Positions 26,661 to 38,982 are shown, counted from the stretch's first letter. The stretch is 64,000 nt of DNA from Desulfomonilia bacterium (GCA_963664325.2 CAXXDQ010000007.1:32001-96000); one strand, 5' to 3'. Made by a program: numbers and translations. The notes: generated by a model not told the origin, from the sequence alone.

Positions 26661-26843
26661 TTATCGCCACTGAATCAAACAGGCATTTTTCATGTAGATG
26701 TTGAGCCAAATCTCGTTTTCCTCGGAGCCTGGGATGGAGACTTTATTCTCAGTGGTAGGGATGATAATCGTCTTACCAGAAGCGGAAGGCTAGAACTCCT
26801 TGCTCGCGTCCATCTTGATGATTAGGATATCGCCATCCAGTTC
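26661..26843 (-). pseudogene. decayed small conserved hypothetical gene
   Basis: Translates ELDGDILIIKMDASKEF*PSASGKTIIIPTTENKVSIPG...WLNIY with TAG at 26790-26792 and no start codon. Resembles a ~60-aa family recalled from memory (LxIxVDLSKEFGPSxSGKTIIIAxT). Confidence 0.5.
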
Positions 26844-27127
26844 ATTTTATTATAAAAAATATGCTTTTAGTTGTGTGGAGTATAAAAAGCTTTCTCTAGT
26901 GTGTCAATAATTTACTGTCACTAGACAGTGGCGCAGCTCTTAAGGATTCGATTCTACCTCATAGGATTCCCAGTACAAGAATCTTAGACACATTGCTGCT
27001 ATTATAGCTTGTGTTTGTATGTTTCATCCAAGAAATTTAGTTACACATGAAAAAATAATTTTCGGGTATCCTGCGGTTTGTTCAAATAGATTTTTTCTTG
27101 ACTAAGCCTGAATGTTTGCTTAATTGA

Positions 27128-27145
27128 ATTGAGCGATCGCTCAAT
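27128..27145. promoter_or_regulatory. 18-bp perfect palindrome, candidate TetR operator of the efflux operon
   Basis: ATTGAGCGATCGCTCAAT, 29 bp upstream of the TetR start and just downstream of a TTGACT (-35) hexamer at 27098. Confidence 0.7.
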
Positions 27146-27173
27146 ATGGGTCGCATCGGGAGTTGGTTAGGGC

Positions 27174-27809
27174 GTGAACGAGACTCAAAAAAAACTCATA
27201 CAGGTCACCGAACAGCTGCTGGAGACGAACGGCGTGGCCAGGATCACCACCCGTATGATAGCGCGTGAAGCCGGTGTCGCCGAAGGCCTCATTTACCACT
27301 ACTTCAAGGACAAGGCCGAGCTTATACATGCAGTTATCGAACAGCGGATAAATGACGTCAGGGAGGCAGTCGAAAATTTGCCATCGCAAGTCGGTTTGAA
27401 TACCGTGGCCGGCAACCTTGAAAAGATAATGATGGTTACCTATAATGTCCAATACCGTATAACGCCTGTAATGACCTCGGTTTTTGCGGACCGCAATATT
27501 CGTGAAAGAATGAGGGAAATAATGGATATGAGACAAATCGGGCCCAAAAAGGAAATCGAAGGCATAGCCGTATACCTGTCTGCGGAACAGCGTTTGGGGC
27601 GGGTCGCACATGATATCAAAGCTATTGCAGCGGCCAGACTTTTACTCGGGCACAGTTTCCGGACGGGTATGCATGACTGTTTTCTCGGCCTTGACCCAGA
27701 CAGGCCCGAGGCAAAGAATGAACAGAATGACGTGATACGAACCCTTATGAAAGGCCTTGAACCCAGGGTTTCAAAAGTTCTAAAAAAGACTGGAGAGAGA
27801 GTGAAATAA
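27174..27809 (+). CDS. TetR/AcrR family transcriptional regulator
   Basis: ITTRMIAREAGVAEGLIYHYFKDK helix-turn-helix. Confidence 0.92.
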   Translation: MNETQKKLIQVTEQLLETNGVARITTRMIAREAGVAEGLIYHYFKDKAELIHAVIEQRINDVREAVENLPSQVGLNTVAGNLEKIMMVTYNVQYRITPVMTSVFADRNIRERMREIMDMRQIGPKKEIEGIAVYLSAEQRLGRVAHDIKAIAAARLLLGHSFRTGMHDCFLGLDPDRPEAKNEQNDVIRTLMKGLEPRVSKVLKKTGERVK

Positions 27810-29335
27810 TGAAAAAGATACCGGTTTATCTTATGCTTACTATCCTTTCATTGATTCCGGGATGCGCTGTAGGCCCGGATTTCCGCTCGCCGGAGCCTAC
27901 AACCGCGACCAGGTATACCGAAACCCCCCTGGCCCCGAAGACTCTGAGCGCGCCGGTCGCGGGAGGGGCCTCGCAGAGTTTCGATTTTGCCAGGGAACTG
28001 CCGTCCCGGTGGTGGACTCTGTTCCACTCTCCAGGATTGAACGGGCTTATTGAGCAGGCTATAAAAAACAGTCCCTCGCTTGCCGCGGCGGAATCGGCGC
28101 TCAAAGGCGCGCAGGAAGACCTCAAGGCCATTCGCGGAGGCCTTCTTTACCCGGGAGTCGACGGCAACCTGCAGGTAAGCCGCCAGCAGACATCCGGCAA
28201 TATAGGGACAGGGCCTTCAAGTCTCTTCACCCTTTATAACGCCTCTGTCGGCGTTTCATATACGCTGGATATCTTCGGAGGCTCACGCCGCCAGATAGAG
28301 GCCTATCAGGCGCAGGTCGACTTCAAGCGCTATCAGTATGAAGCCGCGTACCTTTCCCTGACTGCAAATATTGTCACGACGGCAATACGTGAGGCCATGC
28401 TGCGCTCGCAGATTGCAGCTACCAAAGAAATAATCGCGGCGGAGGAAAAGCAGCTTGAAGTAGTCAACAACCAATTCATACTCGGCGCCGGATTGAAGGC
28501 GTCGGTGTTGTTTCAGCAGGCGGAACTTTCTTCGAGCGAAGCGAGCCTGCCCAACCTGGAAAAGCAGCTTTATATCGCGAGGCATGCCCTGTCGGTGCTT
28601 ACGGGAAAGCTTCCGTCCGAGGCCGGAATTCCTGAATTCACCCTAGATACGCTGCACCTTCCCGAGAACCTGCCCGTGAGCCTTCCGTCGTCGCTGGTAC
28701 GTCAGAGGCCTGATATACAGGCGTCCGAGGCTGTGCTTCACCAGGCCTGCGCCGGTGTCGGAGTCGCCACGGCCAACCTTTATCCCCAGATAACAATTGG
28801 CGCGGGTTACGGGACACAGGCCATAGGGACGGACCTCCTTTTTGCGGGGCAGAGCACTGTCTGGAACATCGGTGCGGGGTTGCTTCAGCCGCTTTTCCAC
28901 GGGGGGCAGCTCACGGCTAAAAGGCGCAGCGCCATAGCGGCATTCGAACAGGCCTCCTCGGTTTACAAGCAGACCGTGCTCAATGCCTTTGGAAATGTGG
29001 CCGATGTCCTGCGTTCACTGGAAACCGATGCGACAGTGCTGATGTACATGCAGCAGTCAGAGGCCGCGGCCAGGGAAACGCTGGACCTTACGACAAAACA
29101 GTTCGAACTGGGCGCAGTGAACTATCTGAGCCTTCTGGTGGCCCAGCTGGGCTACAACAAGGCCTATATGTTCATGATCGAGGCGCAGGCGCAGCGGTAT
29201 GCCGATACGGCGGCGCTCTTCCAGGCGCTTGGCGGGGGGTGGTGGAACCGGGATAAAGCCCCGGCTGATAATGCAGTGACTGAAAAGCCGGATGAAAAAA
29301 ATAATAAAGCGGAAGTTCAAGCCAAGGAGAACTGA
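27809..29335 (+). CDS. RND efflux outer membrane lipoprotein (NodT/OprM family)
   Basis: Lipobox PG-CAVGPDF; RQRPDIQASE; LFQALGGGW. Confidence 0.93.
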   Translation: MKKIPVYLMLTILSLIPGCAVGPDFRSPEPTTATRYTETPLAPKTLSAPVAGGASQSFDFARELPSRWWTLFHSPGLNGLIEQAIKNSPSLAAAESALKGAQEDLKAIRGGLLYPGVDGNLQVSRQQTSGNIGTGPSSLFTLYNASVGVSYTLDIFGGSRRQIEAYQAQVDFKRYQYEAAYLSLTANIVTTAIREAMLRSQIAATKEIIAAEEKQLEVVNNQFILGAGLKASVLFQQAELSSSEASLPNLEKQLYIARHALSVLTGKLPSEAGIPEFTLDTLHLPENLPVSLPSSLVRQRPDIQASEAVLHQACAGVGVATANLYPQITIGAGYGTQAIGTDLLFAGQSTVWNIGAGLLQPLFHGGQLTAKRRSAIAAFEQASSVYKQTVLNAFGNVADVLRSLETDATVLMYMQQSEAAARETLDLTTKQFELGAVNYLSLLVAQLGYNKAYMFMIEAQAQRYADTAALFQALGGGWWNRDKAPADNAVTEKPDEKNNKAEVQAKEN

Positions 29336-30465
29336 TGATGAAGAAACGTATGCTCATAATGATAATCTGTCTTGCCGTTCTGTTCGGCGGGATATTCGGC
29401 TACCAGATGTTCAAATCAAAAATGATAAAGAAATACATGGCAGGCCAGGGTGATCAGAAGCAGACGGTATCGACCTATATAGCCAGCAGGCAGGAGTGGC
29501 AGCCGCAGTTCATAGCGGTAGGGACACTTACGGCAGTGCTCGGAGCCGATATCGCACCCGAGGTCAACGGCATAGTAAAACAGATATATTTCAAATCAGG
29601 CAAGGACGTTAAAAAGGGCACTTTGCTTGTCGAATTGAACGCCGATGCCGATTCGGCCCGGCTCGAATCCCTGAAGGCGACGGAGGACCTTGCCGCAAAG
29701 ACTCTGGCCCGGGACAGGGAGCAGTTCAAGGTCCAGGCGGTGAGCCAGGCCACCATCGATGCGGACACGGCCAATCTCAAAAGCGCGCAGGCGCAGGTCG
29801 CGGAACAGAAGGCCGTGATCGATAAGAAGTTCTTGAAAGCGCCTTTTGACGGGAGGCTCGGCATACGAGCGGTTAATCTTGGACAATATATAAGCCCCGG
29901 GCAGAAGGTCGTCACGCTGCAGGCCCTTGACCCAATATTCATAGATTTTTTCCTTCCGCAAAAAAGCATCAGCAAACTGAAAGTCGGGCAGAAGATAAGC
30001 GTCAAAGTGGATGCATTTCCAGGAGAGTCTTTTACGGGGGAGGTCTCATCAATAAATCCCAAGGTGGATGAGGGCACGAGAAATGTTCCGGTGCGGGCGA
30101 GCATAACTAATCAGGAGAAGAGGCTGCTCCCCGGGATGTTCGCGACGGCAAGTGTCGAGATAGGGGTAAAGCAGAACTATATCACGATTCCGCAGACGGC
30201 AATTTCGTACAATCCTTACGGAGATTATGTCTATGTGGTGATAAACGGCAAGGACGCGAAAGGGAAACCTCAACTGATAGCAAGGCAGCGCCTGGTCGAT
30301 ACGGGTGATACAAGGGGCGATCAGATTGCGGTTCTCGAGGGCGTCAAGGATGGCGAAACAGTTGTTACGGCCGGCCAGAACAAACTCAGGAACAACTCCC
30401 CGGTTGAGGTCAACAACTCGGTCAAACTCTCCAATGAAGCAACGCCTGCTCCGGTAGACGAATAA
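29335..30465 (+). CDS. RND efflux periplasmic adaptor (MFP; MexH/MexV-like)
   Basis: N-terminal anchor; APFDGRLGIR; LLPGMFA. Confidence 0.93.
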   Translation: MMKKRMLIMIICLAVLFGGIFGYQMFKSKMIKKYMAGQGDQKQTVSTYIASRQEWQPQFIAVGTLTAVLGADIAPEVNGIVKQIYFKSGKDVKKGTLLVELNADADSARLESLKATEDLAAKTLARDREQFKVQAVSQATIDADTANLKSAQAQVAEQKAVIDKKFLKAPFDGRLGIRAVNLGQYISPGQKVVTLQALDPIFIDFFLPQKSISKLKVGQKISVKVDAFPGESFTGEVSSINPKVDEGTRNVPVRASITNQEKRLLPGMFATASVEIGVKQNYITIPQTAISYNPYGDYVYVVINGKDAKGKPQLIARQRLVDTGDTRGDQIAVLEGVKDGETVVTAGQNKLRNNSPVEVNNSVKLSNEATPAPVDE

Positions 30466-30478
30466 GGGGCCGGTCCTG

Positions 30479-33400
30479 ATGAAATTTACCGATATATTCA
30501 TCCGCCGCCCGGTTCTGGCTGTCGTCATCAGCCTGTTCATATTTATCCTGGGTCTCCGCTCAATAGGCATGCTTCCCGTGCTGCAGTTTCCCAAAACGGA
30601 AAATGCGGTGGTAACGGTAACGACTGTTTATACAGGGGCCGACGCAGAACTTGTGGCGGGATTCATAACAACGCCGCTTGAGAACTCCATCGCCCAGGCA
30701 AACGGCATAGATTACATGACGTCGCAGAGCAGCCAGGGCATCAGCACGATTACCGCAAACCTGAGACTCAACGCCGATTCAGGCAAGGTGCTGACCGAGA
30801 TCAACACCAAGGTCAACGCTGTCATGAACCAGCTTCCTCAGGACGCCCAGCGCCCGGTGATCGAAATAGCCGTCGGTGAGACCATAGATTCGCTGATCAT
30901 GACTTTCTCGAGTGAAACCATGTCGCTCAACCAGATCACCGACTATCTTGTGAGGGTTGTACAGCCCCAGCTTCAGGCGGTAGAAGGCGTACAGACCGCG
31001 GAAATCATGGGCGGCAAATCATTCGCTTTGCGCGTATGGCTCGATCCGAGGCAGCTGGCTGCCTACTCGCTGAACTCGACGGACGTGTGGAACGCCCTGG
31101 CGGCCAACGACTATCTCGCAGCAGTGGGCCAGACAAAAGGGCTGATGGTGAAGGTCGATCTGACTGCGTCAACCAACCTGCAGTCTGTGGAAGAATTCAG
31201 GAATATGATCATCAAAGAACAGAACGGGGCGGTAGTCAGGCTTTCGGACGTGGCGAATGTGACGCTCGGGGCAGAGGAGTATGAATCGCATGTTTCTTTT
31301 AACGGAGCCAAAGCCATTTTTATGGGCATCAAGATAGCTCCGACGGCGAACCTGCTGCAGGTTATCGGCAAGGTCAAGAAAGTTTTCCCGGACATACAGG
31401 CCCAGCTGCCCGAAGGGCTGAAGGGACAGATCGCGCATGACGCCACCAAATTCGTGGACAGCTCCATCAATGAAGTCATCAAGTCGCTTTTAGAGGCGCT
31501 CGTCATAGTCACCATTGTCGTCTTCCTGTTCCTGGGTTCGTTCAGGACCGTTCTCATACCGACCGTGACGATACCGCTTTCCCTCATCGGCGCATTCACC
31601 CTGATGCTGATCCTGGGGTTCTCAATCAACCTTCTGACTCTCCTTGCCCTAGTCCTTGGAATCGGTCTCGTGGTGGACGACGCCATCATCATTGTCGAGA
31701 ATGTGGACAGGCATCTCGAGGAAGGGATGTCGCGAATGGAGGCCGCCATACAGGCAGCGCGGGAGCTTGCAAATCCCATTATCGTAATGACGGTCGTTCT
31801 GATCGCTGTCTACATACCCATCGGCTTCATGGGAGGCTTAACCGGCGCACTCTTTACGGAATTCGCGTTCACCCTGGTCGGGGCTGTCACGATTTCCGGC
31901 ATCATTGCGCTCACGCTTTCACCCATGATGTGCTCAAGGATGTTTAAAGCCCATGACGATTCCAGGACCGGCCTTCAGGACAGGTTTGTCCGTTATCTTA
32001 ACGCAAAATTCGAATCATTGAGAGCGAAGTATGAAAGCCTTCTGAAATCTTCACTCAATAATATCCCTGTAGTGCTGGTTTTCGCCGTGATCATTGTCAT
32101 AAGCCTGTATTTCCTTTTTACCACATCCAAATCGGAGCTTGCGCCGACCGAAGACCAGGGCTTTATCATGGCAATGTCAACCCCGCCGCCTGACGCAACG
32201 CTCCAGCAGAAGATGCTTCACGCCGATGCCGTGCTTGAGGACCTCAGAAAGCATCCTGATTTTGAAAGGTTGTTCCAGGTGGAATTTCCAGGGATGTCAT
32301 TTACAGGTATGGTGCTCAAGCCATGGGACGAGAGGGAAGAAACATCCATGAAGCTTACGCCGGTGATTCAGAAGGAGCTTGACAGAATCTCCGGGGTCAA
32401 GGCAGTCGCATTCATTCCGCCGGCCCTTCCGGGAAGCCGGGGTATGCCTATACAGTTCGTAATCAAAACCACGGACCCGTTCGAACGCCTGGATGAGATT
32501 TCGCGCAATTTCATGAAGGAGGCCCAGTCGAGCGGCATGTTCATGTTCCTCGACACCGACCTTAAATACGACCTTCCACAGACCAGGATAAACATCGACA
32601 GGGATATGGCCTCCCAGCTGGGGCTCACCATGAGGGATATCGGCTATGCGCTTTCAACCATTTTGGGCGGCGGATACGTCAACTATTTTTCCATGGAAGG
32701 CCGCTCATACAAGGTCATACCCCAGATCCAGCAGATGTACCGCCTGAATTCAGACCAGCTGAACAACTATTATATCAGGACGGGCAAAGGAGGAAGCATC
32801 CCGCTCTCAACGGTTGTCAGCCTTGAGACAATAACCGTTCCCGAATCGCTGAATCACTTCCAGCAGCAGAATGCGGCCACTATATCAGGTGTCATGCTCC
32901 CAGGAGTGACGCAGGGAGAGGCGCTGAAATATCTCAAGACCCTGGCGGATAAAAGCCTTCCGCAGTCCTATTCAATAGACTATTCGGGTCCCTGCAGGCA
33001 GTTCGTGCAGGAATCCAGCGCCTTGATAGTCACATTCTTCTTCGCGCTCATAATCATTTTCCTGGCGCTGGCGGCGCAGTTCGAGAGTTTCAGAGATCCT
33101 ATCATTATTCTGATCACCGTACCCATGTCTATATGCGGGGCCATGATATTCATTAACCTTGGAGTGGGCGGGGCAAGCCTCAACATTTATACTGAGGTTG
33201 GTCTAGTCACCCTGATAGGTCTTATAAGCAAGCACGGCATTCTGATTGTTGAATTCGCCAATAACCTGCAGAAGAAAGGCCATCCGAAACGTGAAGCAAT
33301 AGAAATGGCGGCCGGAATACGTCTGAGGCCTATACTTATGACCACGGCCGCTATGGTCCTGGGGGTTATACCTCTCATCATGGCGACAGGTGCTGGAGCT

Positions 33401-33571
33401 GAGAGCCGTTTCAATCTCGGGTTAGTCATAGCTTCGGGGCTTGCAATCGGGACGATGTTCACCCTTTTTGTTGTGCCGTCCATGTACCTGGTGCTGGCGA
33501 CCGACCATGAAAAGCAGTTCAAAGCCATGGATGGAGATAGGAATGTAAAACCGGGCGCCGTCAGTAATTAA
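30479..33571 (+). CDS. RND efflux permease (MexI/MexW-like)
   Basis: MKFTDIFIRRPVLA, GLVVDDAIIIVENV and RLRPILMTT motifs. Confidence 0.95.
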   Translation: MKFTDIFIRRPVLAVVISLFIFILGLRSIGMLPVLQFPKTENAVVTVTTVYTGADAELVAGFITTPLENSIAQANGIDYMTSQSSQGISTITANLRLNADSGKVLTEINTKVNAVMNQLPQDAQRPVIEIAVGETIDSLIMTFSSETMSLNQITDYLVRVVQPQLQAVEGVQTAEIMGGKSFALRVWLDPRQLAAYSLNSTDVWNALAANDYLAAVGQTKGLMVKVDLTASTNLQSVEEFRNMIIKEQNGAVVRLSDVANVTLGAEEYESHVSFNGAKAIFMGIKIAPTANLLQVIGKVKKVFPDIQAQLPEGLKGQIAHDATKFVDSSINEVIKSLLEALVIVTIVVFLFLGSFRTVLIPTVTIPLSLIGAFTLMLILGFSINLLTLLALVLGIGLVVDDAIIIVENVDRHLEEGMSRMEAAIQAARELANPIIVMTVVLIAVYIPIGFMGGLTGALFTEFAFTLVGAVTISGIIALTLSPMMCSRMFKAHDDSRTGLQDRFVRYLNAKFESLRAKYESLLKSSLNNIPVVLVFAVIIVISLYFLFTTSKSELAPTEDQGFIMAMSTPPPDATLQQKMLHADAVLEDLRKHPDFERLFQVEFPGMSFTGMVLKPWDEREETSMKLTPVIQKELDRISGVKAVAFIPPALPGSRGMPIQFVIKTTDPFERLDEISRNFMKEAQSSGMFMFLDTDLKYDLPQTRINIDRDMASQLGLTMRDIGYALSTILGGGYVNYFSMEGRSYKVIPQIQQMYRLNSDQLNNYYIRTGKGGSIPLSTVVSLETITVPESLNHFQQQNAATISGVMLPGVTQGEALKYLKTLADKSLPQSYSIDYSGPCRQFVQESSALIVTFFFALIIIFLALAAQFESFRDPIIILITVPMSICGAMIFINLGVGGASLNIYTEVGLVTLIGLISKHGILIVEFANNLQKKGHPKREAIEMAAGIRLRPILMTTAAMVLGVIPLIMATGAGAESRFNLGLVIASGLAIGTMFTLFVVPSMYLVLATDHEKQFKAMDGDRNVKPGAVSN

Positions 33572-33638
33572 ATACACAAAAGAACTGGCTGACCTGGTCT
33601 GAGCTTTTAGATGTTTCATGCCGGTAATTTTTACCGGC

Positions 33639-34733
33639 TCAGAACATCGATTTTCTCCATGATATGCTGAGGACGATGCCGATGCAGCACAGGTTGATAA
33701 GCATGAACGATCCGCCATAGCTTATAAAAGGCAGCGGGACGCCTACGACTGGAAACATGCCCATTGTCATGGCTATGTTGATGAAGGCATGCAGGCTTAT
33801 GAACATGGCAATCCCGAAACAGAGCATTGCGCCGAAACGGTCTTTTGTCTTGAGGCCCGTGGTTATTATCCGTGAGGCAAGAAGAAGATAGAGAACAATG
33901 ATGAGGGTGCAGCCTATAAAGCCCCATTCTTCCGCTATCACGGAAAAAATGAAATCGGTGTGGTGCTCGGGCAGGAATTTAAGCTGGGTCTGGGTTCCAT
34001 GGAGAAAGCCCTTGCCATAAAGCCCGCCTGAACCCACTGCGATCTTGGACTGTATCGCATGATAGCCTTTGCCGAGCGGGTCCAGCTCGGGGTCAAGAAA
34101 TGTCAGGATTCTCTGCCTCTGGTATTCCTTGAGCAGCGACCATGAAAGGGGCAGTATGCAAATAAAGACGAGCCCGGTTTTGACAAGGGTGGATTTTCTT
34201 ATGCCCAGCATCAGAAACATGCCCAGGCAGACAAGTCCTATCAGGCTCGCCGTTCCCAGATCGGGTTCGAGGATTATGAGTATGATGGGTATTACAAGAA
34301 TAAAAACAGGGAACATGAGGTCCATGAAATCATAATCAACCGAGCTGTACTTCTTTGACCCCCAGTAGCTGATCCAGATAATGATCATTATTTTGGTAAT
34401 TTCGGAAGGCTGCATGTTGAAAAAACCCAGGGGTATCCATCTTTTAGCGCCCATGACCTCTTTCCCTGCACCCAGTACCGCTACAAGCAGTATCACGATG
34501 ATTATGTATAACGGCCATGCAAGCCTCGACAGCCAGCGGTAGTCAATGAACAGCATTATCAGAACCATCATGAGAAGACCGCAACCGGTCCATGCAAGCT
34601 GTTTGATAAAGGTGGCGTCATGGGTGAGACTGGTTGCGCTGTAAAGCGTAACGAACCCGCAGCCCAGCAATGCCGCAAGTATAAGGAGCAGCCACCAGTC
34701 TATGTTTTCCTTGAAATCAGAGAGGCTGGCCAC
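33639..34733 (-). CDS. rodA: rod shape-determining protein RodA
   Basis: SEDS motifs QPSE, EPDLGT, PEHHTDFIFS and PFISYGGS; follows PBP2. Confidence 0.95.
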   Translation of the reverse strand: MASLSDFKENIDWWLLLILAALLGCGFVTLYSATSLTHDATFIKQLAWTGCGLLMMVLIMLFIDYRWLSRLAWPLYIIIVILLVAVLGAGKEVMGAKRWIPLGFFNMQPSEITKIMIIIWISYWGSKKYSSVDYDFMDLMFPVFILVIPIILIILEPDLGTASLIGLVCLGMFLMLGIRKSTLVKTGLVFICILPLSWSLLKEYQRQRILTFLDPELDPLGKGYHAIQSKIAVGSGGLYGKGFLHGTQTQLKFLPEHHTDFIFSVIAEEWGFIGCTLIIVLYLLLASRIITTGLKTKDRFGAMLCFGIAMFISLHAFINIAMTMGMFPVVGVPLPFISYGGSFMLINLCCIGIVLSISWRKSMF

Positions 34734-36525
34734 TTTTGTATCCTTTCAGGAAGTAATATTCCTTTATCACTTCTCCCACCATGGGTGCGGCAACGCTTCC
34801 CCCGTGTCCTCCATGCTCCACTACCGCTACAACAACTATTTCAGGGGCGTTAACAGGTGAGACACCGAAGAACCATGCATGGTCTCTCTTATCATAAGGT
34901 ATGTCTGATTCATCACTCCTTCTGGACCTGATCACCTTTGACACCTGTGCTGTGCCTGTCTTGCCCCCGATCGAGAACATGGGGTCCTGAAGCACCCTTG
35001 CCGTACCCCTGTCTCCCTGGACGACATACCTGAGAGCGTTCTTTATGATCTTCAATTGAGAATCCTGCAGGTTGAGCAGCATTTCAACCTTTGTGGGTGT
35101 CGAGGCCAGTATGTGCGGCTGAATTACCTTTCCCCCGTTCATGACTGCACTCATGACCTTGGCAACCTGGACCGGGGTTACCATGACATAGCCCTGTCCG
35201 ATTGAGGCGTTTACGGTTTCACCGTGCAGCCACCCCTGATGGAACCGCTTCATTTTCCATTCCCTTGAAGGGATAATGCCGGAGGTGTCGTTTAACTCTA
35301 TACCCGTTTTTCTGCCGAAGCCCATATCTATTGCATACCTTGACAGACGGTCGATCCCCAGCTCAAGCCCTTTTGTATAAAAATAGACATCGCAAGATTC
35401 GCCCAGGCCCTTCAAGAAATTCACATTTCCGTGGCCAGTTTTTTTCCAGCACATGAACTCACGGTTTCCGATCTTGAATTTCCCGCTGCAGAAAACAGTC
35501 TGTTCAGGTGTTATGACACCTTCCTTGAGTCCGGCAAAAGAGACAAGCACTTTGAATATAGACCCGGGGGCGTACTGTCCCCTTAAGGCCCTGTTCTCAA
35601 GCGGATGTTTCGGATTTTCGACAACTTCCTTCCACATGTCCGATGTCATCGGTGTAAGGAATATTGATGGGTCGTAACCGGGAGAGCTTGCCATTGCAAG
35701 GATTTCTCCTGTGGACGGAACCATCACGACAACGGCGCCGGCCTTGTTTCCGAGCACATCCCTGGCTTTTGCCTGAAGTCTCGAATCTATTGTGAGGATT
35801 ATGTCCTTGCCTTTCTGGGAAGCCTGCTCTTTTACCACCCTAAGCTTCCGGCCCCGGGCATCCACTTCAAAGGCTATCTGCCCCTTGATGCCTCTCAGGT
35901 CATTTTCACAAGCGGCTTCGACGCCTGAGCGGCCTATCAGGTCTCCTTTCCTGTAAACTTCATTGCCGGGTTTTTTAAGCTCTTTCTCCGATATTTCCCC
36001 AAGGTAGCCGATCGTGTGGGAGAGCAGGTCGCTGTACACATAATCGCGTTCGCTTTCCGACTCAATAGAGATGCCGGGCAGGTTGATAAGTTCCATTTGC
36101 ACTCGGGCCATTTTTTCAAAAGGGATGTCCCTGGCGATATAAGCGGCCTCGTAAGGCTTTGAAACCGCCCTGTTGAACTTGTCCTCGATTTCTCTGGGAT
36201 CGCTGCCAAGGAGCTTTGCGAGGTGCTGGGCAATCGATTTGATGTCGGTAATGTCTTCGGGTATCACGACTATGCTGAAAGAGGGCCTGTTATCCGCCAG
36301 GATCACTTTGTTCCTGTCCATGATCCTGCCCCTGGGAGCCCTTATCTCCATGAAACGGAGCCGGTTGTTGGCAGCCAGCTCCTCGTAATGCTTTTTATTG
36401 AGCAGCTGCATGTTAAGAAGTCCCAGAAGAAGGGCGGCGAGAAGCAGACCGATTACGACGGTCAGCAGCCTGGATTTGCCCTTGAATTCTTCTTCGACTG
36501 ATGAATCGGGATAGCTAATTTTCAT
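34717..36525 (-). CDS. mrdA: penicillin-binding protein 2
   Basis: APRGRIMDR, PGSIFK, SCDVYFY and GKTGTAQV motifs. Confidence 0.95.
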   Translation of the reverse strand: MKISYPDSSVEEEFKGKSRLLTVVIGLLLAALLLGLLNMQLLNKKHYEELAANNRLRFMEIRAPRGRIMDRNKVILADNRPSFSIVVIPEDITDIKSIAQHLAKLLGSDPREIEDKFNRAVSKPYEAAYIARDIPFEKMARVQMELINLPGISIESESERDYVYSDLLSHTIGYLGEISEKELKKPGNEVYRKGDLIGRSGVEAACENDLRGIKGQIAFEVDARGRKLRVVKEQASQKGKDIILTIDSRLQAKARDVLGNKAGAVVVMVPSTGEILAMASSPGYDPSIFLTPMTSDMWKEVVENPKHPLENRALRGQYAPGSIFKVLVSFAGLKEGVITPEQTVFCSGKFKIGNREFMCWKKTGHGNVNFLKGLGESCDVYFYTKGLELGIDRLSRYAIDMGFGRKTGIELNDTSGIIPSREWKMKRFHQGWLHGETVNASIGQGYVMVTPVQVAKVMSAVMNGGKVIQPHILASTPTKVEMLLNLQDSQLKIIKNALRYVVQGDRGTARVLQDPMFSIGGKTGTAQVSKVIRSRRSDESDIPYDKRDHAWFFGVSPVNAPEIVVVAVVEHGGHGGSVAAPMVGEVIKEYYFLKGYKSGQPL

Positions 36526-36997
36526 GATGCACCAGGATACGCCTGCTCAGTTTTATAAAGAACGGACAGATCGCAGCCGTTAAAAACGAACTGGAAATAA
36601 CGGCAACCCATTGAATATTGATCAGGAGCATTTCGGAAAAGAGGATTGCACTCAGGTTGATGAGCAGGCAAAGCAGAAAGCAGAAAATGATCTGCGCCGG
36701 TATGGTGTCGAGGAACAGCACGTTTTTAATAAGATCCAGGACAAGGTATGAACCCGTGTAGCAGAACGGCAGAAAACCTGCTCTCGCACCGCTGAAGGCC
36801 TGGAGCACATAAGATATGCCGAGCACCAGAAGAAGCCCGTAAGGGAACCGCGTAAAGATGCACAGGGAGATGACCAGGCACAAAAACAGGTCTATCCTCA
36901 GGCCTGCTGAAATCCAGGGGAATATCTTGATCTGGAGAATTAAAGAGATGACGGCAAGCAGGATGAGACTAATGCTTTTTTTCCAGAATCCTTCCAA
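36515..36997 (-). CDS. mreD: rod shape-determining protein MreD
   Basis: Hydrophobic ORF between mreC and mrdA; TTG start chosen after GAGGAGG (ORF track starts at 37057). Confidence 0.75.
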   Translation of the reverse strand: MEGFWKKSISLILLAVISLILQIKIFPWISAGLRIDLFLCLVISLCIFTRFPYGLLLVLGISYVLQAFSGARAGFLPFCYTGSYLVLDLIKNVLFLDTIPAQIIFCFLLCLLINLSAILFSEMLLINIQWVAVISSSFLTAAICPFFIKLSRRILVHHEN

Positions 36998-37783
36998 CTC
37001 CGAATACCTCCTCGGCCTTGTCAAATCTGACAAAAGGCTCGACCATGATTTCAGCAAACATTTTGTGTTCCGGCCTCTTGATCGACCTGACTCTCCCGAT
37101 CAGCAGACCTTTGGGAAATATTTCCAGCAATCCCGAAGTAATGATCCTGTCTCCTGGTTTTATATCTTCATCGCTCCTTACGTAATCAAAGCTCAGTTTC
37201 CCGTTTTCCAGGCCCTTTATGATACCCCTTATCCTTCTGTTTTCAACTATTGCGGGAACGGCGCTGTTGACATCGGTTATCAGGAGTACCTGGGATGTAT
37301 TCGCCGATACGGAAATAACCCTGCCCACCAGCCCCATCGGCTGAATTATCGGCATATCGACATAAAAACCGTCCCGGGAACCTTTATCAAGAATAGCTGT
37401 TTTGTAAATAAGAGATATGTCCTGAGCGATAATATCGGCCCCCATCAGTTGTACGTCGGGCCAGGCCAGCTTGAGATCAAGCAGTCTTCTCAGCCTGTCG
37501 TTTTCATTTTTGATATCGTTCAGGGCCATTATCCGGGTGGTTGTTTCAGCGAGGTTTTTCTTGAGCGCCGCATTATCTCTTTTTGTGTCCACCAGGTATA
37601 CGTAATTGTTGAAGATCCTGGCTGAAAAAACAAAGGGGGCAATGGCTGCTTTCTGAACCCAGAAAAAGCCTTCCCTCAAACCGGTGAGGCCGTAGATGGA
37701 ATTCCTTACATGTCCTGAAGAGATCAGAAGAATGACGGTAACGGCCGTGGCAACATATATTACTATCCGCCCGTGATACTTCA

Positions 37784-37784
<1 letters not shown>
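36969..37784 (-). CDS. mreC: rod shape-determining protein MreC
   Basis: ENDRLRRLL, DKGSRDG, GLVGRV and TSGL..IFPKG motifs. Confidence 0.93.
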
Positions 37785-38842
<1,058 letters not shown>

Positions 38843-38982
38843 CTACCCGATAAAAGGTTTTACCGTCTTAGCAAAAGCCAATGGCGTTTACAAGAGGAAT
38901 GACATTATTATCTTGAAGCCGCGGCGAAGATCATTAAGAAATAATCAAGCCCCCGGACCGGAATACTCCGGGAGCAATTATT

